A DNA stretch of 64,000 nucleotides. It comes from Candidatus Anderseniibacteriota bacterium (GTDB lineage: Bacteria; Patescibacteriota; JAUYIX01). The notes under the pieces were generated by a model. That model searched no databases and had not been told where the DNA came from. It saw only the letters and a program-made list of their open reading frames with translations. Shown here piece by piece: positions 1 to 8,534 of the stretch. The DNA lies in contig JAXLZM010000004.1 in assembly GCA_046350855.1 (NCBI GenBank), forward strand, positions 10,491-74,490, in the 5' to 3' direction. A program made the translations under genes and the position numbers. Every line of letters begins with the position of its first letter. The stretch's first letter is position 1.

Positions 1-155
1 ACCATTTCTTCTCCGATGCCAAACACGAGCAGTTTTTCGCCTTTTTGTACCTTGAGCGCCTCGCGCGCCTCTTGCGGAATCACCAACTGGCCTTTTTCGC
101 CAATCGTGGTCGTGCCGTAAAACTTTTTATTGTGATGGCTAAAACGTCCATGCAT
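1..155 (-). CDS. AbrB/MazE/SpoVT-family DNA-binding protein (5' part; runs off the window start)
   Basis: Manual translation from ATG at 155: MHGRFSHHNKKFYGTTTIGEKGQLVIPQEAREALKVQKGEKLLVF, matching the AbrB 'G.KGQ.VIP...R..L.I..G' pattern. Not in the ORF track because it is truncated. Confidence 0.85.
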   Translation of the reverse strand, partial: MHGRFSHHNKKFYGTTTIGEKGQLVIPQEAREALKVQKGEKLLVFGIGEEM

Positions 156-223
156 AGTACGCGCAGACTAGCATGGTTCATACAAATCCTACAAGTAGGA
201 TTTACACAGGATGCATACTTTTT

Positions 224-299
224 TGGTGGGGCGTGACAGAATCGAACTGTCGACCCTCTGCTTAAAAGGCAGGTGCTCTACCGACTGAGCTAACGCCCC
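224..299 (-). tRNA. tRNA-Lys(TTT)
   Basis: Reverse complement GGGGCGTTAGCTCAGTCGGTAGAGCACCTGCCTTTTAAGCAGAGGGTCGACAGTTCGATTCTGTCACGCCCCACCA forms a cloverleaf with anticodon TTT and encoded CCA. Confidence 0.97.
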
Positions 300-355
300 A
301 AACTGCGAGAGCCTATCCTATTTGAGCTCTCGATGCAATCCTAGCGGCTAATCGG

Positions 356-904
356 CTACTCGTCGAGTTCTCGCGGGGTGCGCTGCCGTTTGGGGCTGCG
401 TCCAAAAATGATCATGGCGATGATGGGCGCGACCACCCAAAAAAAGCGGGCTACATCACCCACAAAAAACTTGCGGGTAAGCTGGGCGAGTTCGGCCGAG
501 AGCTCGATCGGCAAAAACGAGAGGGTCACCGAGATCAGCAAACCGATGTGCAAAAAACTAAAGACCAGGACCTGGATCAGTCCCCCGTCCTCGTTACCCT
601 TAGCGATGGTACGCATGAGGGCCGAGCGACCGAGCAAAAAGAACAGCCCCAAAAACGTAATGACAAAGGTCGAAATCTTGACCACAAAAATCTGATCCAG
701 CCCAATCGTACCCGAGAATTTGTCCAAAAAGGGCGCATAATTGACCACCGCCAAGGCCATGTAAATCGAGACCAGGATCACTACGATGCGGTCACGGCCC
801 AGCGACATACCATAGATAAAGGCCGCCGCCACAAAAAAGAGGATGATGAACAAGTCCCAGCTCGGGTTCGAGAGATCGAAGTCTTTAATAAAACTTAGGT
901 CCAT
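356..904 (-). CDS. Multi-pass membrane protein (4-5 TM), possibly CvpA-like
   Basis: Hydrophobic ORF. Start taken at MDLSFIKD (ATG 904) rather than the longer ORF start. Confidence 0.7.
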   Translation of the reverse strand: MDLSFIKDFDLSNPSWDLFIILFFVAAAFIYGMSLGRDRIVVILVSIYMALAVVNYAPFLDKFSGTIGLDQIFVVKISTFVITFLGLFFLLGRSALMRTIAKGNEDGGLIQVLVFSFLHIGLLISVTLSFLPIELSAELAQLTRKFFVGDVARFFWVVAPIIAMIIFGRSPKRQRTPRELDE

Positions 905-1023
905 GGGAAGTAAATTCTTGTAGCCTTTAGTATGCAAGTAACTTGACCACCTGGCAAGTAGGAGGCTAGGGTAGGCAAAATCGAATCGGGAGGCGACAAA
1001 TGCTCCTTTGCAGGGATATAGCG

Positions 1024-1389
1024 ATGCAGGTCCGCAACGTGCGGCCAGGAGACGGGACGTCTCGGCTGTTCCAGACAACTCTTGAAGTACCGGTTTTCCG
1101 CTCCCTTACCATCAATACCGGGTATGCCAAGTTCGTAATCGAGAGGGCGCACAAGGATGAACGGCGGAAACTGTCGGATGCCGAGTTCACCGAGTGGCTC
1201 GAGCAGCGAGACACTCTCCCGTTTTGGATACGGGTTACGGGTAGAGTTCTGGAAGTCTTTGGGCAGATACACACAAACCACCCAGAGGTGGTGGCCGAAC
1301 ACTCGTACAGGGCGCAGGACCTGCTCAGAAGCTGGGACTTTCGTTTCACCGTCCAAGAGGGGCCGGTCGTACTGCTTGGCCTCGAGTGA
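1024..1389 (+). CDS. Hypothetical protein (ORFan-like)
   Basis: Protein-like ORF followed immediately by a terminator hairpin. Start is 1000 or 1024. Confidence 0.55.
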   Translation: MQVRNVRPGDGTSRLFQTTLEVPVFRSLTINTGYAKFVIERAHKDERRKLSDAEFTEWLEQRDTLPFWIRVTGRVLEVFGQIHTNHPEVVAEHSYRAQDLLRSWDFRFTVQEGPVVLLGLE

Positions 1390-1396
1390 CAACCGC

Positions 1397-1427
1397 AGGG
1401 CAGTACAAGCTACTGCCCTTCTTTTTT
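1397..1427 (+). terminator. Intrinsic terminator
   Basis: AGGGCAGTA-caagc-TACTGCCCT followed by TCTTTTTT, between convergent genes. Confidence 0.75.
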
Positions 1428-2553
1428 ATTTACTGAACAATCGGCGACGTTTGCGGCTGACTTTTTTGCCGCGCACGTTTGCCAGCTGCTCGAGGAGCGT
1501 GCGCTCCTCACGGCTCACTCGACGGGGTGTAACCTGACCGATTTCGACAAACAGATCACCCCGACCATTGCCGTTAAGGACAGGAATGCCCTCACCGCGC
1601 AAACGCAGCACACTACCCGGTTCGGTTCCGGCTGGGACGCTTAGTTGCAGTTCGCCCTGGAGTCCAGCGATTTCAACCTCGTCACCGAGCACCAATTGCG
1701 GATACTCAAGCTCCACGCGTGTACGCACATCCACACCGTCTCGCACAAACGTTTTAGAGGGCTTGATCCGGATAGTGAGGAGCAGATCACCCGCGGGTGT
1801 GCCACGTCGACCAACCTCTCCTTGCCCACTCAAGCGGATAATTTGTTGGTCATTGATACCGGCCGGAACCTCGACGGTCAGCCGCTCCGTGGCACGGCGT
1901 CGGCCCTGTCCACTACACTCCATACAGGGTGTACTTGGAACTTTACCATCGCCCTGACAGGTGGCACACAATTTTTCTTGGGCGATCGTGCCCAAAATCG
2001 TTTGTCGCACTTCGCGCACACGGCCCAAACCATTACAGGTCAAACATTTTTTGAGGGTTTTATTTTTGTCACCCGTACCTGCACAGGCTGCACAAGCAGT
2101 AAGGCGGGTAAGCTCGAGTTCTTTGGTTCCGCCAAAAGCGGCTTCGTTAAAGTCAAGCGTTAACCGCAGCTCGATATCCTCACCCCGTTGGCGCGTGCGC
2201 GCACGGGAGCGACGGCCAAAGCCAAAGAGGTCACCAAAAATATCACCGAGATCTTCGGCATTAAAATTGGCGCCGCCTTGGCCAAAGCCCGCCCCAAACG
2301 GAAAGCCGCCAAACCCAGCACCGGCTCCCCCACCTCCCGCACCCTCAAAGGTCTGACCAAACTGATCGTACTGCGCGCGCTTATCCTTATTAGACAAAAC
2401 CTGGTAGGCCTCATTGGCCTCTTTAAATTTTTGTTCGTCCCCGCCCTGCTTGTCCGGGTGATACTTGTGCGCCGCACGCCGAAAAGCGCGCTTGATCTCC
2501 TCGTCAGTCGCGCTTTTTTCAACCCCTAATGTCTGGTAGTAATCGGCGGCCAT
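1426..2553 (-). CDS. dnaJ: Chaperone DnaJ
   Basis: J domain with HPD, G/F-rich linker, four CxxCxGxG zinc-finger repeats. Confidence 0.98.
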   Translation of the reverse strand: MAADYYQTLGVEKSATDEEIKRAFRRAAHKYHPDKQGGDEQKFKEANEAYQVLSNKDKRAQYDQFGQTFEGAGGGGAGAGFGGFPFGAGFGQGGANFNAEDLGDIFGDLFGFGRRSRARTRQRGEDIELRLTLDFNEAAFGGTKELELTRLTACAACAGTGDKNKTLKKCLTCNGLGRVREVRQTILGTIAQEKLCATCQGDGKVPSTPCMECSGQGRRRATERLTVEVPAGINDQQIIRLSGQGEVGRRGTPAGDLLLTIRIKPSKTFVRDGVDVRTRVELEYPQLVLGDEVEIAGLQGELQLSVPAGTEPGSVLRLRGEGIPVLNGNGRGDLFVEIGQVTPRRVSREERTLLEQLANVRGKKVSRKRRRLFSK

Positions 2554-2594
2554 CGGTCCATTGGCTGGGTGAACCTACTGGTCCACCCACCAAC

Positions 2595-4502
2595 CTACTT
2601 TTTCTTAAAGTTTCCTTCTACCGTGTTACCTTTGGCAGAACCAGCGGATTGACCAGCGCCTGCGTTGGCTTTTGCATCTGCCTTAGGCTGTGCCGCTTGC
2701 GCCTTTTGGTACATGGCCGCTCCGACCTTTTGGATAGTGGTCTCGAGATCTTTCATGGCTGCATCAAGCTTGGCCTTGTCGTCGGTGTCTTTGACCTTTT
2801 TGAGTTCAGCCACTTTTGCCTCGACATCCTTTTTGGTCGCAGCGTCGATTTTGTCACCCGCATCTTTGAGGGTTTTCTCGGTCATGTTGATGAGAGAATC
2901 AGCCTTAATCTTGGTCTCGACCATCTCTTTGCGCGTCTTGTCCTCAGAGGCGTGTTTTTCGGCATCTTGCTGCATACGCGCAACCTCTTCTTTAGAGAGA
3001 CCCGAGCTGGCCGTGATCGTAATTTTTTGCTCCTTGCCGGTCGCCTTGTCTTTGGCGCTCACGTTGAGAATACCGTTGGCGTCGATGTCAAACTTAACCT
3101 CGATCTGCGGCACACCGCGTGGCGCTGGCGGCAGTCCATCCAGGATGAACTTCCCGAGCGTTTTACAGTCGGCGGCAAATTCACGTTCACCCTGCAGGAC
3201 ATGGATCTCAACTTGGGGCTGGTTATCAGCCGCGGTCGAAAACACTTGCGTCTTGCTAGTCGGAATGGTCGTGTTTTTGGTGATCAGCTTGGTTGCGATC
3301 CCGCCAAGCGTCTCGATACCGAGCGAGAGCGGCGTGACATCAAGCAGTAACACATCCTTAACGTCACCTTGCAGGATTCCCCCTTGGACAGCGGCACCCA
3401 CGGCAACGACCTCATCGGGGTTGATGCCTTTGTGTGGCTTTTTGCCAAAGTAATCCTCAACAAGCTTTTGCACGGCCGGCATACGGGTTTGGCCTCCGAC
3501 TAACACGACCTCGTCAATTTCTTTGGGCGAGAGTTTGGCGTCGGCAAGGGCTTGCTCAAGCGGACCCTTAGTGCGGTCGATCAAATCGGCAACTAACTTC
3601 TCAAGCGTCGCCCGGCTCATCTTGAGCGCTAAGTGCTTAGGACCGCTCGAGCCAGTCGTGATGTACGGCTGGTTGATCTCGGTCTCCAGTGAGCTCGACA
3701 ACTCGTGCTTGGCTTTTTCGGCACTCTCCTTGAGACGCTGAATCGCCAATTGGTCCTGCGACAAATCGATACCTTCTACCTTTTTAAACTCAGCCACGAT
3801 CCAATCGATGATGGCTTGGTCAAAATCATCACCACCTAAGTGCGTGTCACCGTTGGTGGCTTTAACCTCGACCGTGTCATCCCCTACCTCGAGCACCGAG
3901 ACGTCGAACGTCCCACCACCCAAGTCGTAGACCACGATTTTTTCGTTCTTCTTTTTGTTCAACCCATAGGCAAGCGCGGCCGCGGTTGGCTCGTTGATGA
4001 TGCGCTTTACATCCAAACCCGCGATCTTACCGGCATCTTTTGTCGCCTGGCGCTGCGAGTCGTCAAAATATGCCGGAACTGTAATAACCGCCTCGGTAAC
4101 CTGACCGCCCAGTTGTTCCTCCGCGTCATGCTTGAGTTTTTGCAAAACCATCGCGCTAATCTCCTGTGGCGAGTACTCTTTGCCACTCATCACGACCGCA
4201 ACTCCGCCGTTGGCCGCCTCTTTAATTTTGTACGGCAGCAATTTGGCATCTTTTTGCACTAACGGATCGCTAAAACGGCGTCCGATAAAACGTTTGACCG
4301 AGTAGATCGTGTTGACCGCGTTAGTGACGGCTTGGCGTTTGGCCAAAAGGCCTACCAGCCGCTCGCTATCGGATTTAGTCGCCACGACCGAAGGCGTGGT
4401 GCGATTACCTTCTTTGTTCTCGAGCACGCGCGGCTGGCCGCCTTCGATGATGGCCATCGCTGAGTTAGTCGTACCGAGATCTATTCCTAAAATTTTTGAC
4501 AT
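2595..4502 (-). CDS. dnaK: Chaperone DnaK (Hsp70)
   Basis: [25 protein letters not shown] motifs. Confidence 0.99.
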   Translation of the reverse strand: MSKILGIDLGTTNSAMAIIEGGQPRVLENKEGNRTTPSVVATKSDSERLVGLLAKRQAVTNAVNTIYSVKRFIGRRFSDPLVQKDAKLLPYKIKEAANGGVAVVMSGKEYSPQEISAMVLQKLKHDAEEQLGGQVTEAVITVPAYFDDSQRQATKDAGKIAGLDVKRIINEPTAAALAYGLNKKKNEKIVVYDLGGGTFDVSVLEVGDDTVEVKATNGDTHLGGDDFDQAIIDWIVAEFKKVEGIDLSQDQLAIQRLKESAEKAKHELSSSLETEINQPYITTGSSGPKHLALKMSRATLEKLVADLIDRTKGPLEQALADAKLSPKEIDEVVLVGGQTRMPAVQKLVEDYFGKKPHKGINPDEVVAVGAAVQGGILQGDVKDVLLLDVTPLSLGIETLGGIATKLITKNTTIPTSKTQVFSTAADNQPQVEIHVLQGEREFAADCKTLGKFILDGLPPAPRGVPQIEVKFDIDANGILNVSAKDKATGKEQKITITASSGLSKEEVARMQQDAEKHASEDKTRKEMVETKIKADSLINMTEKTLKDAGDKIDAATKKDVEAKVAELKKVKDTDDKAKLDAAMKDLETTIQKVGAAMYQKAQAAQPKADAKANAGAGQSAGSAKGNTVEGNFKKK

Positions 4503-4529
4503 GGTTGTTGACTTAAGTGGTTGAACTAA

Positions 4530-5066
4530 TTAACGAGTTGGAGCTCCGTTACCGACGCTCACGCGTGAGGCTCTAAGCGTCACTTCCCCGAGCTTAAAAC
4601 CTCGCGCGTGTTCGGCGATGATTATATTTTTGGGACCAGGCACACTGGCGATTGCCTCATGTAAGGCCGGATCAAAGGCTGTACCAACCGACTCGATCTC
4701 ACTCACGCCGTGGCTAGCTAGGACCTCCAACAACTGCTTAGCAACCAGCTCGACACCAACATAGAGTTCCTTACTCTCTGCGTTTTTTTTGGCAGAACCG
4801 GCGTGCTTGAGCACTTGCTCCAGAGTATCGAGTACCGGCAAGATGCCCCGCACCACCTCTTGCACCGCGGCCAGCAAAATCTGACCACGTTGTTCTTGCG
4901 TGCGCTTACGCAAATTGTCGTAGTCGGCTTGGGCGCGCTTCCACCCGGCCAGATATTCCTCTGCCTGGGCTTGCATTTTTGCGATAGCGGGCGTCGGCTC
5001 AGCCATACGAGGAGCACTGGCGGGCTGGGAAGTCGCCGTTTGAGTTTTTAGGTTACGTTTGTTCAT
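4530..5066 (-). CDS. grpE: Nucleotide exchange factor GrpE
   Basis: [12 protein letters not shown] and FDPALHEAI motifs; located between hrcA and dnaK. Confidence 0.96.
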   Translation of the reverse strand: MNKRNLKTQTATSQPASAPRMAEPTPAIAKMQAQAEEYLAGWKRAQADYDNLRKRTQEQRGQILLAAVQEVVRGILPVLDTLEQVLKHAGSAKKNAESKELYVGVELVAKQLLEVLASHGVSEIESVGTAFDPALHEAIASVPGPKNIIIAEHARGFKLGEVTLRASRVSVGNGAPTR

Positions 5067-5902
5067 GCCAGTCCGTGTAATCCTTTAACGAGCAGCATAC
5101 TTGGTAGAACCAACGCTACCGCAACCGCCCAGTGATTTTTGGAGAGCAGTCGACTCATATAGGAGAGTAGGGCCACGTTGCGGTCGTAGGCCATGCGCTG
5201 GGGCCCGAGCACCACGAGGTGTCCGCGCTTGCCGTCGACTTCAAAACTCGAGACCAAAACCGAGAGGGGCACACGTCCTTGGGCCGTGTCGTGTCCGATA
5301 AAGACCCGCACGGGCGCACCACCTTGCACGGTCACCTCGGTAAATTTAGCTTTGTCATTTTTAGAGATCGACTGCAACACCGATTCCGGATTATCAAAGA
5401 TGCGGGCGACCGCTTGAGCTAGTTGTTCGTCTTTAAGCTCGGGCAGTTTGATCAAGTGGGACAAACCCGAGGGGGCGGGGTTTTCGGCATCGCCCGCAGC
5501 GTCCTCACTCATCGAACTAATCGCGGCTTGCTCGGTCATCTCAGCCAAGAGTCGCGCTGTCTCGCGGGCCATCGCCTCATAGTGATGCCGCATCCGGACC
5601 AACCGCCGCTGCACCTCGGCCCGATGCCGCTTAGGCGGGAGCAAACCAGCCGTGGGCACGCTCGCCAAGCTCTGCACATAGGTGCGATAGCCCAAATCGG
5701 TCGGCACGCGGCCGGCTGAGGTGTGGGGCTGTTGGAGCAAGCCGGCTTGCTCGAGCAAATTCATCTCGGAACGCACGGTCGCTGGTGAGACACCAAAGTC
5801 ATACTGCTCGGCGAGCTCTTTAGAGCCTACCGGTTCGGCCGAGCGGATATGCTCGGTAATGACGGCCTTGAGAATAGTGGTTTGGCGGTCGGATAGTTGC
5901 AT
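5063..5902 (-). CDS. hrcA: Heat-inducible transcription repressor HrcA (shortened)
   Basis: [29 protein letters not shown] and GPQRMAY motifs; CIRCE immediately upstream. Confidence 0.95.
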   Translation of the reverse strand: MQLSDRQTTILKAVITEHIRSAEPVGSKELAEQYDFGVSPATVRSEMNLLEQAGLLQQPHTSAGRVPTDLGYRTYVQSLASVPTAGLLPPKRHRAEVQRRLVRMRHHYEAMARETARLLAEMTEQAAISSMSEDAAGDAENPAPSGLSHLIKLPELKDEQLAQAVARIFDNPESVLQSISKNDKAKFTEVTVQGGAPVRVFIGHDTAQGRVPLSVLVSSFEVDGKRGHLVVLGPQRMAYDRNVALLSYMSRLLSKNHWAVAVALVLPSMLLVKGLHGLA

Positions 5903-5905
5903 CTG

Positions 5906-5932
5906 CTAGCACTCTACTATGGTGAGTGCCAA
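5906..5932 (-). promoter_or_regulatory. CIRCE operator (HrcA site)
   Basis: TTGGCACTC-N9-GAGTGCTAG on the minus strand versus consensus TTAGCACTC-N9-GAGTGCTAA. It lies just downstream of a TTGACG(5958-5963)-N18-TAGACT(5934-5939) promoter. Confidence 0.93.
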
Positions 5933-6007
5933 TAGTCTAGCGGCCTAGCTCTCCCCTCGTCAAGATGCTACCGTAGGTCTTACTTAATTATTTCACTTTT
6001 CAATTGT

Positions 6008-6562
6008 ATGCAGAACACTAAACGCATCGGCAGCCTCGTAGCGGTCGTTTTAGCGACTGGTACGTTGGCCGGATGCACCTTTGGCAATCGCGGCCTGTAC
6101 GGCATGCGCGATACCACCCCCAATGGCACCATCAACTACAACACCGAGAACGGCACGGGGTCGATTAATTTTAGCGAGAACGGACTCAACATTACCGGTG
6201 AGAACGGTAACTCAACCGTCAACTTTGGTAGCCAAAAACTGCCCGACAATTGGCCGTCAGATTTGCCAACCCCCAATGGCACGCTCGGTTTTTCGGGTTC
6301 GACCAAGGGCGAGGACGGTTCTACCAGCTTTAGCGCGGTTTACACCATCAGCGGCTCAGCCTCGGACGCGGTTAACGACATGAAGTCAAAATTCCAAGCC
6401 GCCGGCTGGACCGTCTCGGGTGAGTACAACGCCAACTATAATGGCGCGGCCAACGCCGGCTTTAGCGCTGAGAAAGGCCAAAACACCGCCACCGTTTTTA
6501 TCGGTGCGGATAGTACCAACGCAAGCCAAATCAGCGTCACGATCGCGGGCGAGTACAAGTAG
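6008..6562 (+). CDS. Putative lipoprotein, Asn/Gly/Ser/Thr-rich
   Basis: Signal peptide with lipobox LAGC; LPDNWPSDLP motif. Confidence 0.8.
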   Translation: MQNTKRIGSLVAVVLATGTLAGCTFGNRGLYGMRDTTPNGTINYNTENGTGSINFSENGLNITGENGNSTVNFGSQKLPDNWPSDLPTPNGTLGFSGSTKGEDGSTSFSAVYTISGSASDAVNDMKSKFQAAGWTVSGEYNANYNGAANAGFSAEKGQNTATVFIGADSTNASQISVTIAGEYK

Positions 6563-6591
6563 GGTTGAACCCACGGCGCAAGCCGTGAGCG

Positions 6592-6918
6592 TTAGCTCCG
6601 GAGGTTGACCTGGGGAAAAGCGGTTAAGATGAGTGCCAGCAGCACGACCGCAATCGCCCCTAAGACGATCCCAAAGAGTGAACCGAAAAGCACACCATAG
6701 CCGGTGTGCTTTTCACCTTTTTGGACCAGCCAAACACCGATCACACTGGCAAAGAGCACGAGCGTCGTCAGCAGGGCTTGGGTCTGCCAGTCAAACATAA
6801 AGCGCTTACCAAACAAGACATAGACCAGGGCAGCTACGATCATGGCTGCGGCACTAATCGAGAACGCCAGAATGAACCGTCGACTAGCCTCTTTGGGGCT
6901 GATCGTGGCGTGCGCCAT
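6592..6918 (-). CDS. Small 3-TM membrane protein
   Basis: Three hydrophobic helices; start overlaps the upstream stop (TAATG). Confidence 0.7.
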   Translation of the reverse strand: MAHATISPKEASRRFILAFSISAAAMIVAALVYVLFGKRFMFDWQTQALLTTLVLFASVIGVWLVQKGEKHTGYGVLFGSLFGIVLGAIAVVLLALILTAFPQVNLRS

Positions 6919-8513
6919 TAGGGCGTGACGGTCAGGCTGATGCTGGACGAAGCACTCGCTCCCCCGCGATCGGTCACCGTCACTTTGACGGTATAGGTTT
7001 TATTGCTGGAGGTGACCGAGTAGGTGTGGCTGACACTCTTACCGGTGGTCGAGATACCATCCCCAAACTCCCAGGTGTAGGTCAGAACGTCATCATCAGG
7101 GTCCTCACCTTGTGCCGCAAAGTTGACGGCTGTTCCGCCTTTGACACTAAACCCATCTGCAGGGCTTGAGATACTGACGGTCGGCGCTTGATTGGGGTCA
7201 CCTTTGACCGTCGCACTCTGATCTTGCGAACAGGCCTCCTGACCATCTTGGTCGACTACGCAGACGTTATAGGTGTAGGAGTCGCCAGCCGAGACGTTTT
7301 GGTCACGGTACTCGGTCGAACTTTTGTCACTAAAGCGCTTGAGAACTTGCTCATCGCGCTTGAGAACATACTCGGCAAAATCCTCAGCGTCACTCTCATC
7401 CCAACTGACTTTGACCACACCGGTCTCCTCAGTACTGAGTGAGACACCTACCGCGTCGGGCTTACCGGATTTACGGATGATCGTGAGAGTCTTAGTGGTC
7501 TCGTTGCCGGAGGGATCGGTAGCCACGACCGTAATTTTATTTTCGCCCTCGGTGAGATCAACTTTTTTGGAGAACTCACCTTTGTCCGTCTCAACCTCAT
7601 CATCATTAATTGTGACCGTAGCGGAGAGATCGGTGACACCCTTGACTTCGATTTGTTCGTTCTCGGTCTCGTCTTTATCACTGGGATCGGTGATGCGCAG
7701 AGTTGGTCCTTGCGCATCTTCACTCCCCTCCACCGAGGCGGTAAAGAGTTCGTCCTGCTCGCTGTTCCAGCGGTACCAGAGACTCTCTCTAAACGAATCT
7801 GGAATTTCTTTGGTCTCAAAGTCGTCCTCGGTCTCGGGCGGGGTACTGGCGTGAACGGTCGTTTGTTGATCTTCTTTAAGAAATAGTTTACCGGCGTCGC
7901 TCGACTCAGAACCATCGCTCGCCCCGCTCAGAGCCGTCACCACACTGGTGTCCTTGATGGCTGCGACGGTTGACTCGCGCTCGTCGGCACTGACATCAAA
8001 ACTAGTACTCTGGGCCTCGACTCGTGCAGCGGTCGTGATAATCCCGGTTGCAGGAGCACTGGATCCCACTACCGTAGCCCACGCCTCTCCGCCATTGAGC
8101 GTGGTCATAAATTTGTCAGGGCTGAGCTCGCTTACCTCGAGACGTGAGTCTTCGTTAAGCCGTACCACGCTGCCAGAGCTGAGTTCCAAACTGGCCAGAG
8201 TCTCGGAGTCGGTTCGGAGAGCTGTACCTTGCTCGATCGTCATGCCATTTGTGGCGTCGCTAAAATCCTGCTCACCACTCTTTTTAACCTGGATGTTGCC
8301 CTCCTCGATGGAGAGTTTGAGTTGGGGAGAACCACTAGCTTGCGGCGTAGCGCTGTTGCGTCCACCCAAAACAAAGAGCAACATGATCACAACCAGGAGC
8401 GCTGCCCCGGCGATGGAGCCCCACAGGAGCAGTCGTTTTTTACGGAGGGTGCGCTTGTCGCCGCTCACTAACGGCTCGCGGTTCACCCGGACACGATATT
8501 TTTGGTCTAACAT
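6918..8513 (-). CDS. Membrane-anchored FecR-domain protein with Ig-like, FN3-like and PKD domains
   Basis: N-terminal TM; FecR-like GSVVRLNEDSRL; Ig-like LTEGENKITVVATDPSGN; PKD YTWEFGDG...SHTY...VTVTD. Confidence 0.8.
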   Translation of the reverse strand: MLDQKYRVRVNREPLVSGDKRTLRKKRLLLWGSIAGAALLVVIMLLFVLGGRNSATPQASGSPQLKLSIEEGNIQVKKSGEQDFSDATNGMTIEQGTALRTDSETLASLELSSGSVVRLNEDSRLEVSELSPDKFMTTLNGGEAWATVVGSSAPATGIITTAARVEAQSTSFDVSADERESTVAAIKDTSVVTALSGASDGSESSDAGKLFLKEDQQTTVHASTPPETEDDFETKEIPDSFRESLWYRWNSEQDELFTASVEGSEDAQGPTLRITDPSDKDETENEQIEVKGVTDLSATVTINDDEVETDKGEFSKKVDLTEGENKITVVATDPSGNETTKTLTIIRKSGKPDAVGVSLSTEETGVVKVSWDESDAEDFAEYVLKRDEQVLKRFSDKSSTEYRDQNVSAGDSYTYNVCVVDQDGQEACSQDQSATVKGDPNQAPTVSISSPADGFSVKGGTAVNFAAQGEDPDDDVLTYTWEFGDGISTTGKSVSHTYSVTSSNKTYTVKVTVTDRGGASASSSISLTVTP

Positions 8514-8534
8514 ATGGCGCTCAGTGTACCAAAC

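Noticed and set aside
895-1392. 165-aa minus-strand ORF between dnaJ and the membrane gene
   Set aside because: Overlaps the plus-strand ORF that is followed by a correctly oriented terminator, and its composition is less protein-like; the strand choice remains somewhat uncertain.
2529-4524. Long ORFs antisense to dnaK
   Set aside because: Well-known antisense shadow ORFs of Hsp70 genes.
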